A stretch of 64,000 bases of DNA, taken from NCBI GenBank assembly GCA_035559595.1, contig DATMBF010000020.1:64505-128504 (forward strand), read 5' to 3'. Made by a program: the position numbers and the translations under genes. Shown one piece after another: positions 49,440-59,454 of this stretch. Position 1 is the first letter of the stretch; every line of letters starts with the position of its first letter. This DNA comes from Bacteroidota bacterium. Its GTDB lineage: Bacteria > Bacteroidota > Ignavibacteria > UBA10030. Below the pieces are notes generated by a model. That model did no database searches. It saw only the letters and a program-made list of their open reading frames with translations, and was not told where the DNA came from.

Positions 49440-50813
49440 TTATTCGCCTGCCTCATTGTTCGCCTCATTCTTTGCCAACCCGTACCGCCTCATTTTGGTG
49501 TACAAATGGCTCCTCTGGATATCAAGCGCTTCGGCAGTCTTTGAGATGTTCCATTTATGGCGCTCAAGTTGCTTCTTGATAAACGCCGCCTCCGCCTTTT
49601 CTTTGAAATCCTGAAACGTTCCGTTGAAATTCAAAAAGTCTTCCGACTCGTTTCGTGAGGATGTTGTCTCACCAAGCACACGCATGTCGATGGAGTTACC
49701 GGGAGAGAGAATGACTAACCGCTCCACGGCGTTCCGCAATTCTCTCACATTGCCGGGCCAGTCCCGCCTCATAAGTTCTTGCATCGCCTCGGGAGCAATG
49801 TTCTTCACCGGCAAACCGTTTCGTGAGCAGACGTCTGCGATAAAGGTTTCAACAAGCAGCGGGATATCCTCTGTCCGTTCCCTCAAAGGCGGCACGTTAA
49901 TGGTAATGACCTGCAAACGATGGAACAGATCCTCTCTGAACGTTCCCTTCTTGATTTCCACATCGATATTCTTGTTCGTGGCGGCAATGACCCGGACGTT
50001 GACCGGAATGAGCTTATTGCCTCCTACTCGCTCGATTCTTCCCTCTTCAAGTGCCCGTAAGACCTTCGCTTGGGCCTGCAGACTCATATCGCCGATCTCA
50101 TCAAGAAAGAGCGTGCCCCCATCTGCCTGCTCGAACTTTCCGATCCTTTGCGTTGTCGCTCCCGTAAAGGAACCTTTTTCGTGGCCGAAGAGCTCGGATT
50201 CAATGAGGTCGGCAGGAATTGCAGCACAGTTTACTTCGACAAATGTCTCCCCCATCCTTTTGCTTCTCCGATGAATTGCGCGTGCGACCAGCTCCTTTCC
50301 CGTTCCATTCTCTCCAAGAATAAGCACTCGTGCATCCGTCGGCGCAACACGGTCGATCAATTCAAGCACCTCCTGAATCCGTTGACTCTTGCCGATGATC
50401 TCATACTTCCCCTCGAGCCGCTCTTGAAGCTGACGAAATTCGGCAGCAAGTCGTGATTGCTCCAGCGCATTCCGAATCGTTACGAGGAGCTTGTCCCGAT
50501 CCAGCGGTTTCGGTAAAAAGTCGAACGCGCCGCGCTTGGTCGCCTCGACCGCTGTTTCAATGGTTCCGTGGCCCGAGATCATGATCACCGGTAGCTGCTG
50601 ATTGCGATCTCTGATTTGCTGGAGAACTTCCAGACCGTCCATTCCCGCCATTTTCACGTCAAGCAGCACAAGCTGAACATCGGGCGAGAGGAGTTTCTGA
50701 AGCGCCTGCTCACCATTCTCGGCAAACCGCACATTGTACCGTTCGTACTCGAGAATCATCTTCAACGAATCACGAACGCTTTTCTCATCATCAACGACAA
50801 GAATCGTCTTCAT
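49440..50813 (-). CDS. Sigma-54-dependent response regulator (NtrC/AtoC family): REC + AAA+ + Fis-type HTH
   Basis: It has a receiver domain (VVDDEKSVRD...DVKMAGMDG), a sigma-54 activator domain with GAFTGA (ESELFGHEKGSFTGA) and Walker A (GENGTGKE), and a C-terminal HTH. Confidence 0.9.
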   Translation of the reverse strand: MKTILVVDDEKSVRDSLKMILEYERYNVRFAENGEQALQKLLSPDVQLVLLDVKMAGMDGLEVLQQIRDRNQQLPVIMISGHGTIETAVEATKRGAFDFLPKPLDRDKLLVTIRNALEQSRLAAEFRQLQERLEGKYEIIGKSQRIQEVLELIDRVAPTDARVLILGENGTGKELVARAIHRRSKRMGETFVEVNCAAIPADLIESELFGHEKGSFTGATTQRIGKFEQADGGTLFLDEIGDMSLQAQAKVLRALEEGRIERVGGNKLIPVNVRVIAATNKNIDVEIKKGTFREDLFHRLQVITINVPPLRERTEDIPLLVETFIADVCSRNGLPVKNIAPEAMQELMRRDWPGNVRELRNAVERLVILSPGNSIDMRVLGETTSSRNESEDFLNFNGTFQDFKEKAEAAFIKKQLERHKWNISKTAEALDIQRSHLYTKMRRYGLAKNEANNEAGE

Positions 50814-51565
50814 GGCTCATCGTCAACAGGTAAAGAGAAATAGTCGGAAGGAAGGATTGTTCTCACATAAACGAGGTCGTGTCCAAAGAGTTCCCCGAGT
50901 TTGTTCGCTCTTCGATCCCGCGGGTCATCTGCGCCGCCGACAATAAACTGCGCCTCCCCCCACTCCACGAAATTCCCAGCCGAACGGGCAAGTTCAGGCG
51001 ACTCTGTTACAAAGGCGATGTACGCAGAGGCAAAAAAGTGTTGGAGCTTGTCGCGATCACCAGCGGGAATTGGAGGCGTATCGGGATAGAGTTTTGTTGG
51101 CAAATTCCGGACTCGCATGCGAAAGAGTGTGTCTTCTTCGAACGACAGCGGTAACGGAATGGCTCCAAGAAAGGGAGCTTTCACTTCAACCTTCTGATGT
51201 TCCAGTGTTGCCATCATCGAAACCACAAGGGCGCGGGCGATATTGAACTCGGCAATCTTGAGAGCTTTGAGATAGATTGCGTCAACGGCACGCAGGTCTC
51301 CACAGCGACGAGCGAGCTCGGCAAAACGGGGATCTCTTATGTATGCGCGAATCTCTTTGGTGTCGCGAAGAATTTGAGGTGTGAAAAGATTTCCGAGGAG
51401 AGAACCAATACTGATTCCGGAATCTTCCTCCTCCTGAAAATCCCACCAGAAGGCACCGTTGGTATTCGTTCCTTCACACTGACCGTACAGCTCACCGCTT
51501 CCAAGCCTCCACACAATGAGAATCGTGACAATAATCCGTCGAACCATGGACATCGAGAAGTCCAT
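50810..51565 (-). CDS. Hypothetical secreted protein, probably co-transcribed with the sigma-54 activator
   Basis: 251 aa. It has an N-terminal signal-like hydrophobic segment (IIVTILIVWRLG). Its stop overlaps the regulator start by 4 nt. Confidence 0.45.
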   Translation of the reverse strand: MDFSMSMVRRIIVTILIVWRLGSGELYGQCEGTNTNGAFWWDFQEEEDSGISIGSLLGNLFTPQILRDTKEIRAYIRDPRFAELARRCGDLRAVDAIYLKALKIAEFNIARALVVSMMATLEHQKVEVKAPFLGAIPLPLSFEEDTLFRMRVRNLPTKLYPDTPPIPAGDRDKLQHFFASAYIAFVTESPELARSAGNFVEWGEAQFIVGGADDPRDRRANKLGELFGHDLVYVRTILPSDYFSLPVDDEP

Positions 51566-51605
51566 CTGTCAAAAACCCCTGAGTGTATGATGCGTCGTCG
51601 GGCGT

Positions 51606-53261
51606 TCATGTCTGAATCACGCCGGGATTGAATTGAGGGATGTTGGCATTGTAACTCGCCATCTCAATTCCGCGGGAGACAACCTCACGCGTATCCACCG
51701 GATCGATGATCCCATCCACCCACAACCGTGCTGCGGCAAAAAACGGATCAAGCTCCGACTCATACCGATCTTGAATCTCTTTTAGCAGTTTTTCTTGATC
51801 GGCCTTCGAGATCGTGGCGCCACCTTTCTCCATGGCCTGGAGCTTGATGCTCAAGAGAGTTTCGCTTGCCTGCTTGCCACCCATGACCGCAATCTGCGCT
51901 GTCGGCCATGCAAAGATCAGTCGCGGATCGTACGCTTTGCCGCACATTGCATAGTTGCCGGCCCCGTAGCTATTGCCCACGATGAAGGTGAATTTCGGCA
52001 CGACACTGTTGGCCACGGCATTGACCATCTTCGCGCCGTCTTTGATAATTCCCCCATGTTCGGCCCGGCTTCCAACCATGAAGCCCGTAACATCCTGAAA
52101 GAATACGAGGGGAACCAACTTTTGGTTACAATTCATGATGAAGCGCGCAGCCTTGTCCGCGCTATCGCTGTAGATAACGCCGCCGACCTGCATCTCTCCT
52201 CTCTTCGTCCTGACAACCGACCTCTGGTTGGCAACGATGCCAACTGCCCATCCATCGATCCGTCCGTATCCACAAATGATCGTCTTGCCGTAGCCCTCTT
52301 TGTATTCGTCCAGTTCGCTATTGTCCAGAACGCGCGCCAGCACTTCATACATGTCGTACGGGCGACTCCGGTCTTCTGGCAAGATTCCATAGATTTCATC
52401 AGGGGGATATTTCGGCGGCTTCGGTTTCTCGCGGTGAAAGCCGGCACGCGGTCGCTCGCCGAACTTGGAAATGATGCTTCGAATCTTAGCAAGACATTCC
52501 TCATCATTCTTCATTTTATGATCGGTCACGCCACTGATCTCACAATGCACCTCTGCTCCGCCGAGGGCCTCATTGTCGATCTCCTCACCGATGGCAGCCT
52601 TCACAAGATGCGACCCGGCAAGAAAGACACTGCCTGTTTTCTCTACAATCATTGCTTCGTCGCTCATGATCGGCAGATACGCGCCTCCGGCAACGCAGGG
52701 GCCCATGATTGCCGCAATTTGAGGAATCCCCATGGACGACATGACGGCATTATTCCGGAAGATTCTTCCGAAATGTTCCTTGTCGGGAAAAATCTCCGAT
52801 TGAAGCGGGAGAAACACCCCTGCTGAATCGACGAGATAGACAATCGGGAGGCGATTCTCGATAGCGATTTCCTGAGCGCGCAGGTTCTTCTTGCACGTGA
52901 GAGGAAACCAGGCTCCGGCTTTCACGGTTGCGTCGTTCGCAACGATGACAACCTCACGACCGTGGATTCTTCCGATCCCGAAAACTGTTCCCGACGAGGG
53001 AGCACCGCCGAATTCCGAGTACATGCCGTGTGCAGCGAAAAGGCCGATCTCCAGGAAGGAACTTCCGGGATCGATAAGCTTCTGGATGCGATCACGGGCA
53101 AACAGTTTCCCCCTCTTCCGGTGTTTTTCGATTGCCTCTTTGCCGCCTCCAAGCTTCACCCTTTCCGACTCTTGCTTGAGCCGATTGAGGAGCGAGGAGA
53201 AAGCTCGGCGGTTGCTTTCAAAGATCGCGTTCTTCCTGATGGCGCCACCCAGTGTTGCCAT
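51606..53261 (-). CDS. Acyl-CoA carboxylase carboxyltransferase subunit (methylcrotonyl-CoA/propionyl-CoA carboxylase beta-like)
   Basis: 551 aa. Both N- and C-terminal crotonase-fold carboxyltransferase halves are present. The N-terminal pattern (KLGGGKEAIEKHRKRGKLFARDRIQKLIDPGSSFLE) is characteristic of MccB/PccB-type subunits. Confidence 0.8.
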   Translation of the reverse strand: MATLGGAIRKNAIFESNRRAFSSLLNRLKQESERVKLGGGKEAIEKHRKRGKLFARDRIQKLIDPGSSFLEIGLFAAHGMYSEFGGAPSSGTVFGIGRIHGREVVIVANDATVKAGAWFPLTCKKNLRAQEIAIENRLPIVYLVDSAGVFLPLQSEIFPDKEHFGRIFRNNAVMSSMGIPQIAAIMGPCVAGGAYLPIMSDEAMIVEKTGSVFLAGSHLVKAAIGEEIDNEALGGAEVHCEISGVTDHKMKNDEECLAKIRSIISKFGERPRAGFHREKPKPPKYPPDEIYGILPEDRSRPYDMYEVLARVLDNSELDEYKEGYGKTIICGYGRIDGWAVGIVANQRSVVRTKRGEMQVGGVIYSDSADKAARFIMNCNQKLVPLVFFQDVTGFMVGSRAEHGGIIKDGAKMVNAVANSVVPKFTFIVGNSYGAGNYAMCGKAYDPRLIFAWPTAQIAVMGGKQASETLLSIKLQAMEKGGATISKADQEKLLKEIQDRYESELDPFFAAARLWVDGIIDPVDTREVVSRGIEMASYNANIPQFNPGVIQT

Positions 53262-56200
53262 TACTCTCCTGTGGGTTGTTGGTTAGCGTTCCTGCGTCTC
53301 ATTTCCAGATTGAATGCAAGATCCCTGGCAGGTTCAAATTGATCATCAAGCATCAGCGAGAGCCCCAGAAACCAGAGAGCTTGTCGGTCCTCTTCAAGTC
53401 GATCCAACGCCCTCGCTGCTTGATAATAGAGAACATTATCGGGCGTTTTGGGATACCGTGCGTACGTATTGCGGATGACGATAGCTTTACGATATTCGTC
53501 GTAAGCCTGCCGGTACTTCTGCATCGCAAAGTACATGTCTCCCAATTGAATCCGATAGCGGTCGACAGTGTCTGCCGAGAGTTCAATGGCTCGCTTCATG
53601 GATTCGATGGAGAAGCTTTCATCGAAAGAACTCAACGAGGTGGCTAAAGAACGTTCATGCGTGAATCTCTTCCATGCATAATCTACGAGGACATCAGGAT
53701 CTCGTGGTTTGATCTCGTTGAGCCGCTTCAGCGCTTCAATCGATTCCTCCATGCGGTTGTGGAAAGATGCAGCCTCGGCAAAGAGTGAGAGAATCTCTGG
53801 ATCTCGAGGGTACTTCTTCAACGACTCTTGGAGAATGGAGTAACTCAGAATGGAAAGCCCTCTGTGATTCTGAAGATGAAGTCGGGCAATGTTCAGCTGC
53901 TGTTCCTTCGTGAGCTGACGCTGTTGAAGATATCGTCTGAGGAGAAGACCCCCTTCATGCAACATCAATCTCTCATCAAACTCCTTTATGCGCTCCGATG
54001 CATTGCCAATAAAAAGTCCTCTTGCTGCCAAATATTCGAGACGAGGATGTTCACCAGTGCTCAGTTGGCCATACGGAATGTAGCGCGCCAATGCTCTCTC
54101 TGAAAGAATCTGATGTGTAAGAAATGTCGGCACATCATTCACATCGATGCGGCTTAATTCAGATTTGATCCTCGGCGACTGCAGTCTCGCCTCGAGAGCA
54201 GGAACGTCAAGCGAGAGAGGCTTATTCGAACCCACGAGAATCGCGTCCGTGGCGATACCGTGCCACAAGGTTGTGTACGGGAAGACCGACTGGAACGTTC
54301 GCAGAACGAGGTCGAACGCCTCATCGCTCATTTCGTATCTCTGGAACCATTGAACCATAAGACCGTTATCCTTCAAACGATCCTTACACAATTCAAAAAA
54401 CTCCACGCTGAAGATATTGCCGATTCCTGCAATCCATGGATTCGAGGGTTCACTGACAATGACATCGTAGCGAGAATCGGAAAGTTTCAGGTATGTGATG
54501 GCATCTTCGACGACTAATCGCACTCGAGCGTCGTCAAGAGGCTTCCCGTTCACATCGTCAAAAAACCTCGAGGCCTCAACGACTTCTGGGAGAATCTCGA
54601 CACAGTCGAGGTGGCGTATCGGATGCGCGAGCATGGTGCCAACTGTAACCCCGCTGCCCAATCCAATCACGAGGGCCGTATCAGCCTGCTGATGAAGCAA
54701 CAGGGGGATCTGGCCGAGCATAACCTGTGTGGGCATGTCGTAGCTCGATGAGGCATCCGGCTTTCCATTAATCAGGAGCGAACGCTGAAGGACTCCGGCC
54801 TTTGACGACTCCGTGACGCCGACGGTCCCACCGGCACCTTCTTTGTAATACACAACTCGCATTGCTGATTGAGCTTCGCGGTATCGTGCAAAGGATTTCG
54901 GCGGTGCAGCATCGACACTGATTCGCCGAAAGATCCCGGAAAGCATAACCGTCTTGTTCCAGTCCGGCAAAAACAGGAGATAAAAGAGCCCCATAAGAGC
55001 AACCGTACCCACAACAACCCATCGACGAAGAACAAAGGCCTTGTCCTGAAACAGAATGAGAAATCCGATGCCCAGATTGACAAGCACACCGATCTCCATT
55101 GCTCCTCGAATTCCCAAAAGTGGAATGAGGATGAGCCCGCCCAAGAGCGAACCGATGACGGTACCGACACCATTCACCGAGAAGACATTCCCCACGGATG
55201 TGCCAAGAAAGGGAAGTGAGCGCGAAGCAATGCGAGCGGCGACGGGGAGATTCATACCCAGAAGGATCGTGGGAAGGATCATGACGCTGAAACTCAAAAG
55301 CAGCTGTATGGCAAGAAACACCACATACGCGTCGTCGGTCCGACTGAGGAGTTCAGAATATTTCCAAAAGAGATAGGGAAGGCGTTCATAAAAGGGGAGT
55401 GAGAGAAGAAGCACAACTGCTGTTCCAAGCTGACACAATGCAAGCAAACTGAACCAACGCTTGATCCGCTTCGCAAATGCGGAAATCAACCAGCTTCCCA
55501 GAGCAATCCCCAAAATGAAACTGGCAAGCATGAGGCTGAATGCATAGATCGTGGAGCCAATCACCGGAATAAGCATCCTTACCCACCCAATTTCGTAAAT
55601 CATGGACGCCACACCAGAACCCGCAGCAGCAAGAAAAGCCAATCGGACTTCTTGGTCTGAGAACACCTGTTGTGCCGACTTCCTCATGGCGGGGGACTTC
55701 GATGTCTTCTCCTTTTTGATCGTGAGATTGGAAATCACTAATGCTATCCATCCTACGGTGAGATTCACCAACGTCATCGTGTAAATGGAGAGGCGCAAAC
55801 CAAATGCTTCGATGAGAAAGAAGCCACCCATGAGCGCACCCACAACTGCGCCGAAACTGTTCAAGAAGTAGAGTGTGGAGATTCGGGAGCCCGATTCCTC
55901 AATTCTCTCTGTCGTAAACTTCACGAGCAGCGGAAGCGTCCCTCCCATCAGAATGGTCGGGAAAAGCAGTGAGAGCGCACTGACGAGCATCTTCACCGGC
56001 AGGATTGTCCATGCATCAACAGGAAGACTTAGCCAACGAATTGTTGAGATAAATAGGCCTTCAAGGATCTGAACAAATGTCGGATACGCGAGGCAGTAAA
56101 ATCCAACTCCGATCTCGAGATAGGCAAAGAGTCTGAGAGGGGACGCCGTTCGATCGGCTTTCTTCCCCCACCAGTACGCTCCAATCGCCAACCCCGCCAT

Positions 56201-56350
56201 GAAGGTGGCGATGAGGATTGCCTGGGCGTACGTGGTATTGCCGAGAAAGAGGGAGAGGTACTTGAACCAGATGACCTGGTAGACCAGCCCCGCCATTCCG
56301 GAGGCAACGAAAAGAACTGCAAGGATTGTCAGGATTGTCGATTTGCGCAT
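53261..56350 (-). CDS. Fused polytopic-membrane / spermidine-synthase-like (PABS) / TPR protein
   Basis: 1029 aa. About 14 N-terminal transmembrane helices (LVYQVIWFKYLSLFLGNTTYAQAILIATFMAGLAIG) characterise membrane-bound spermidine-synthase-like proteins. A PABS methyltransferase-fold core follows (ALVIGLGSGVTVG...DVIVSEPSNPW), then C-terminal TPR repeats. Confidence 0.75.
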   Translation of the reverse strand: MRKSTILTILAVLFVASGMAGLVYQVIWFKYLSLFLGNTTYAQAILIATFMAGLAIGAYWWGKKADRTASPLRLFAYLEIGVGFYCLAYPTFVQILEGLFISTIRWLSLPVDAWTILPVKMLVSALSLLFPTILMGGTLPLLVKFTTERIEESGSRISTLYFLNSFGAVVGALMGGFFLIEAFGLRLSIYTMTLVNLTVGWIALVISNLTIKKEKTSKSPAMRKSAQQVFSDQEVRLAFLAAAGSGVASMIYEIGWVRMLIPVIGSTIYAFSLMLASFILGIALGSWLISAFAKRIKRWFSLLALCQLGTAVVLLLSLPFYERLPYLFWKYSELLSRTDDAYVVFLAIQLLLSFSVMILPTILLGMNLPVAARIASRSLPFLGTSVGNVFSVNGVGTVIGSLLGGLILIPLLGIRGAMEIGVLVNLGIGFLILFQDKAFVLRRWVVVGTVALMGLFYLLFLPDWNKTVMLSGIFRRISVDAAPPKSFARYREAQSAMRVVYYKEGAGGTVGVTESSKAGVLQRSLLINGKPDASSSYDMPTQVMLGQIPLLLHQQADTALVIGLGSGVTVGTMLAHPIRHLDCVEILPEVVEASRFFDDVNGKPLDDARVRLVVEDAITYLKLSDSRYDVIVSEPSNPWIAGIGNIFSVEFFELCKDRLKDNGLMVQWFQRYEMSDEAFDLVLRTFQSVFPYTTLWHGIATDAILVGSNKPLSLDVPALEARLQSPRIKSELSRIDVNDVPTFLTHQILSERALARYIPYGQLSTGEHPRLEYLAARGLFIGNASERIKEFDERLMLHEGGLLLRRYLQQRQLTKEQQLNIARLHLQNHRGLSILSYSILQESLKKYPRDPEILSLFAEAASFHNRMEESIEALKRLNEIKPRDPDVLVDYAWKRFTHERSLATSLSSFDESFSIESMKRAIELSADTVDRYRIQLGDMYFAMQKYRQAYDEYRKAIVIRNTYARYPKTPDNVLYYQAARALDRLEEDRQALWFLGLSLMLDDQFEPARDLAFNLEMRRRNANQQPTGE

Positions 56351-56363
56351 GATGATCTCCCAC

Positions 56364-57533
56364 TTACGACAAGATGTTACGTGCTATAACCATTCGTTGT
56401 ACTTCTGATGTCCCTTCTCCGATGGTGAGAAGTTTAACATCGCGGTAAAACTTTTCGACAGGGAATTCCTTGATGAAGCCATATCCGCCGTGAATTTGCA
56501 CGGCCTCAGTAGCCGCACGCTGGGCAACCTCGCTGGCGAAGTACTTTGCCTGGGCGGCAACGAGATTGATCGGGCGGCCCTGAGCCTTTGTCCACGCAGC
56601 CCGCATCGCGAGCAGCCGTGCTGCCTGAATCTCGGTCGCCATGTCTGCAAGTTTGAACTGGATGCCCTGAAACTCCGAAATCGGTTTCCCAAATGCCTGC
56701 CTCTCTTTGGAAAATTTCACTGCCGCCTCAAACGCTCCCTGCGCCAGACCAACGGAAAGTGCGGCAATGCCGATCCTGCCACTATCCAAAACTCCAAGCG
56801 CCTGCTTGAAGCCCTCCCCTTCCCGACCGATGAGATTCTCCTTTGGCACACGAACGTTATCGAACAGAACCTGCACCGTGTCGCTTGCTCTCATTCCCAA
56901 CTTGTTTTCTTTCTTTCCTACACTCACACCCTTCATTCCGCGTTCGACAATGAAGGCGGAAATCCCTTTCTTCCCTTCAGATTTCTGTGACTTTGCGATC
57001 ACAACGAACGTCGCAGCGAAACTGCCGTTTGTGATAAACGTCTTGGAACCATTGAGAACATAGGAATTTCCATCGAGCACTGCTTCGGTTCGCATACCAC
57101 CGGCATCGCTTCCAGAAAACGGCTCAGTCAGGCACCATGAGCCTATTGCTCTCCCGGTGGCCAGATCGGGAACATATCGCTTCTTCTGTTCTTCGTTCCC
57201 CCACATGAGCAAGTGCTCGAGGCACAGCCCGCTATGCGCTGCAAGCGTCAACGCAACAGAAGGATCGACGCGTGCAATCTCCTCCATAATCATGATGAAC
57301 TCGAGAGCTGTCAGGCCCGATCCTTCGAGTTCCTGTGGCACAGTTGCCCCAAGAAATCCAAGCTCAGCCATCTTCTTGATGATCGGCATTGGAAACTCCT
57401 GGGCCTCATCATACTTCATAACATGAGGCCTAATCTCCGTTTCGGCAAACTCGCGCGCGGTTTGCCGGAGCATATTCATCTCTTCGGTAATTTGGAAATC
57501 CAATCCCGCTTCAATCGAAATCTCGTGTGCCAT
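56364..57533 (-). CDS. Acyl-CoA dehydrogenase (isovaleryl-/short-branched-chain-like)
   Basis: 389 aa. The ACAD N, middle and C domains and the catalytic Glu context (IGEGTSEVQRMVIAR) are present. Confidence 0.85.
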   Translation of the reverse strand: MAHEISIEAGLDFQITEEMNMLRQTAREFAETEIRPHVMKYDEAQEFPMPIIKKMAELGFLGATVPQELEGSGLTALEFIMIMEEIARVDPSVALTLAAHSGLCLEHLLMWGNEEQKKRYVPDLATGRAIGSWCLTEPFSGSDAGGMRTEAVLDGNSYVLNGSKTFITNGSFAATFVVIAKSQKSEGKKGISAFIVERGMKGVSVGKKENKLGMRASDTVQVLFDNVRVPKENLIGREGEGFKQALGVLDSGRIGIAALSVGLAQGAFEAAVKFSKERQAFGKPISEFQGIQFKLADMATEIQAARLLAMRAAWTKAQGRPINLVAAQAKYFASEVAQRAATEAVQIHGGYGFIKEFPVEKFYRDVKLLTIGEGTSEVQRMVIARNILS

Positions 57534-57553
57534 CGTTTTCTTCCCTTCTTTCT

Positions 57554-58525
57554 TTACCTCTTCTCGGTATTTGCCCTGAAGTTCTTCAAAAGTTGTTCGG
57601 CAACATCGTACGGCGACATGGAACGTGCGAACACGCTTTCTGTGGCATGCTCCAGCGCTGCACGACGCTCAGCGTTCCAAAAATCGATCTGAAGCCGTTC
57701 TTCCACGATGTCGCGAATTGTATTTGCCAGTCGTTGCTTGCGCTTCTTCTCCAAACCGCTGTTTGACTCAAGCATTGACTTGTGACGTTGAATCATCTCT
57801 GCAACCTTATCGATCCCATCACCCGTGCTTGCCACGGTCTTGATAACATCCGGAATCCACTCAGTCGTGCTTTCGCCGGGATGTGGTGCACGAAATCCAA
57901 GAATCATTTTGATCGACATCACCGCCTGGTCCGCACCGGGGCGATCGGCTTTGTTCAGAACAAAGAAATCTGCAATCTCCATCAACCCCGCTTTCATTGC
58001 CTGAATACCGTCACCGGATTCCGGCACAAGCACCACGACCGTGGTATCGGCGGCTCGTGCAATATCCAACTCAGATTGCCCGACACCGACCGTCTCAAGG
58101 AGAATCATGTCAAACCCGGCGGCATCGAGGATGTCTGCCGACTCCTTTGCCTTCTTGCTCAGACCCCCAAGACTTCCACGGGAGGCCATGCTGCGGATGA
58201 AAACACCTGCATCCAGCTCGACATCGGTCATTCGAACGCGATCGCCAAGGAGCGCACCGCCGGTGAAGGGGCTGGTCGGATCCACTGCAATGATACCGAC
58301 GCGCAGATTTCGATTCCGATAAAACTTCGCAAGCTTGCTTGTGAGCGTGCTTTTCCCCGCTCCCGGCGGACCCGTGACACCTATGCGATACGCACGGCCG
58401 GTGTGCGGGTAAAGCTGTTTCAACAAAGGCAGCGCATCAGAGGACTCGTTCTCAATGAGCGAGATGGCTCGCGCCATTGCACGATGGTTTCCGCGAAGAA
58501 TATCCTGAGTCAATCTTGCGCTCAC
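57554..58525 (-). CDS. meaB: Methylmalonyl-CoA mutase-associated G-protein MeaB/ArgK (P-loop GTPase)
   Basis: The Walker A (GVTGPPGAGKSTL) and SIMIBI-class MeaB-like motifs (NKADRPGA) are present. It is 323 aa. Confidence 0.85.
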   Translation of the reverse strand: MSARLTQDILRGNHRAMARAISLIENESSDALPLLKQLYPHTGRAYRIGVTGPPGAGKSTLTSKLAKFYRNRNLRVGIIAVDPTSPFTGGALLGDRVRMTDVELDAGVFIRSMASRGSLGGLSKKAKESADILDAAGFDMILLETVGVGQSELDIARAADTTVVVLVPESGDGIQAMKAGLMEIADFFVLNKADRPGADQAVMSIKMILGFRAPHPGESTTEWIPDVIKTVASTGDGIDKVAEMIQRHKSMLESNSGLEKKRKQRLANTIRDIVEERLQIDFWNAERRAALEHATESVFARSMSPYDVAEQLLKNFRANTEKR

Positions 58526-59454
58526 GCCGGAACCGATACCGTTTTCCTGAAATAGTCGGCCGTGAGCCGCAAGCCATCCTCAAGAGAGATCTTTGGCAAC
58601 CAACCAAGCTCCCGCTGAATCCGTGCAGAGCTAATGACGCTCCGCATTTGCTCACCTTGCTTCGCCGGACCATGTGTCTCCGCACAGCCCGGTTTCAAGT
58701 AGCCCGCGAGAATCCGGAAGAGTGTATTCACATCCGTTTCGATGCCGGTGCCGATGTTATAGATTGCCGAATCCTTCGACTTCAAGGCAAGCACGTTGGC
58801 ACGCACCACATCTTCCACAAATGTATAATCCCGTGTCTGTTTACCATCGCCATTGATGATCGGCTGCTCGCCTTTCAGCATCTTGTTACAGAAGATGGCA
58901 ACAACACCTGCCTCGCCGTGAGGATTCTGTCGAGGTCCATAGATGTTGGCATAACGCAAGATGGTATAAGGAATACCATGGACTTCTTTGTAATAGAAGA
59001 GATACTTCTCCGTCGAAAGCTTCGTGATTCCGTAAGGGGAGAGTGGACGAAGCGGATGCTCTTCATCGGCAGGAAAATAATCCTGTTCACCGTAAATCGC
59101 CCCTCCTGTCGAAGCAAAAATAATTCTCTTCACACCAAAACGTCGAGCGTTTTCGAAGATGTTCAGTCCACCAAGAATATTCACAGAAGCGTCGAACTTT
59201 GGGTCAGCAACGGAACGGCGGACGTCCATCTGAGCCGCGTGATGACTGACGATGTCGATTCGCTCTCGTTCGAAAACCGTCGCGACTTCCTCGCTCCGAA
59301 TGTCCATGCGATAGAGGATGGCTCGAGGATTAACGTTCTCCTCCGCCCCGCTCGAAAAGTCATCGATGATGACAACACGATGGCCTTCGTTGACATATGC
59401 ATCAACGACATGCGATCCGATAAAACCTGCTCCGCCTGTAACGAGAATGGTCAT
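58522..59454 (-). CDS. NAD-dependent epimerase/dehydratase (extended SDR; GalE/UDP-sugar epimerase-like)
   Basis: The start MTILVTGGAGFIGSHVVDAY is a Rossmann motif. The YxxxK catalytic region (YGITKLSTEKY) is present. It overlaps the meaB start by 4 nt. Confidence 0.8.
   Translation of the reverse strand: MTILVTGGAGFIGSHVVDAYVNEGHRVVIIDDFSSGAEENVNPRAILYRMDIRSEEVATVFERERIDIVSHHAAQMDVRRSVADPKFDASVNILGGLNIFENARRFGVKRIIFASTGGAIYGEQDYFPADEEHPLRPLSPYGITKLSTEKYLFYYKEVHGIPYTILRYANIYGPRQNPHGEAGVVAIFCNKMLKGEQPIINGDGKQTRDYTFVEDVVRANVLALKSKDSAIYNIGTGIETDVNTLFRILAGYLKPGCAETHGPAKQGEQMRSVISSARIQRELGWLPKISLEDGLRLTADYFRKTVSVPA

Noticed and set aside
51795-52826. 343-aa plus-strand ORF
   Set aside because: It is antisense to the acyl-CoA carboxyltransferase gene, which has a full-length conserved architecture.
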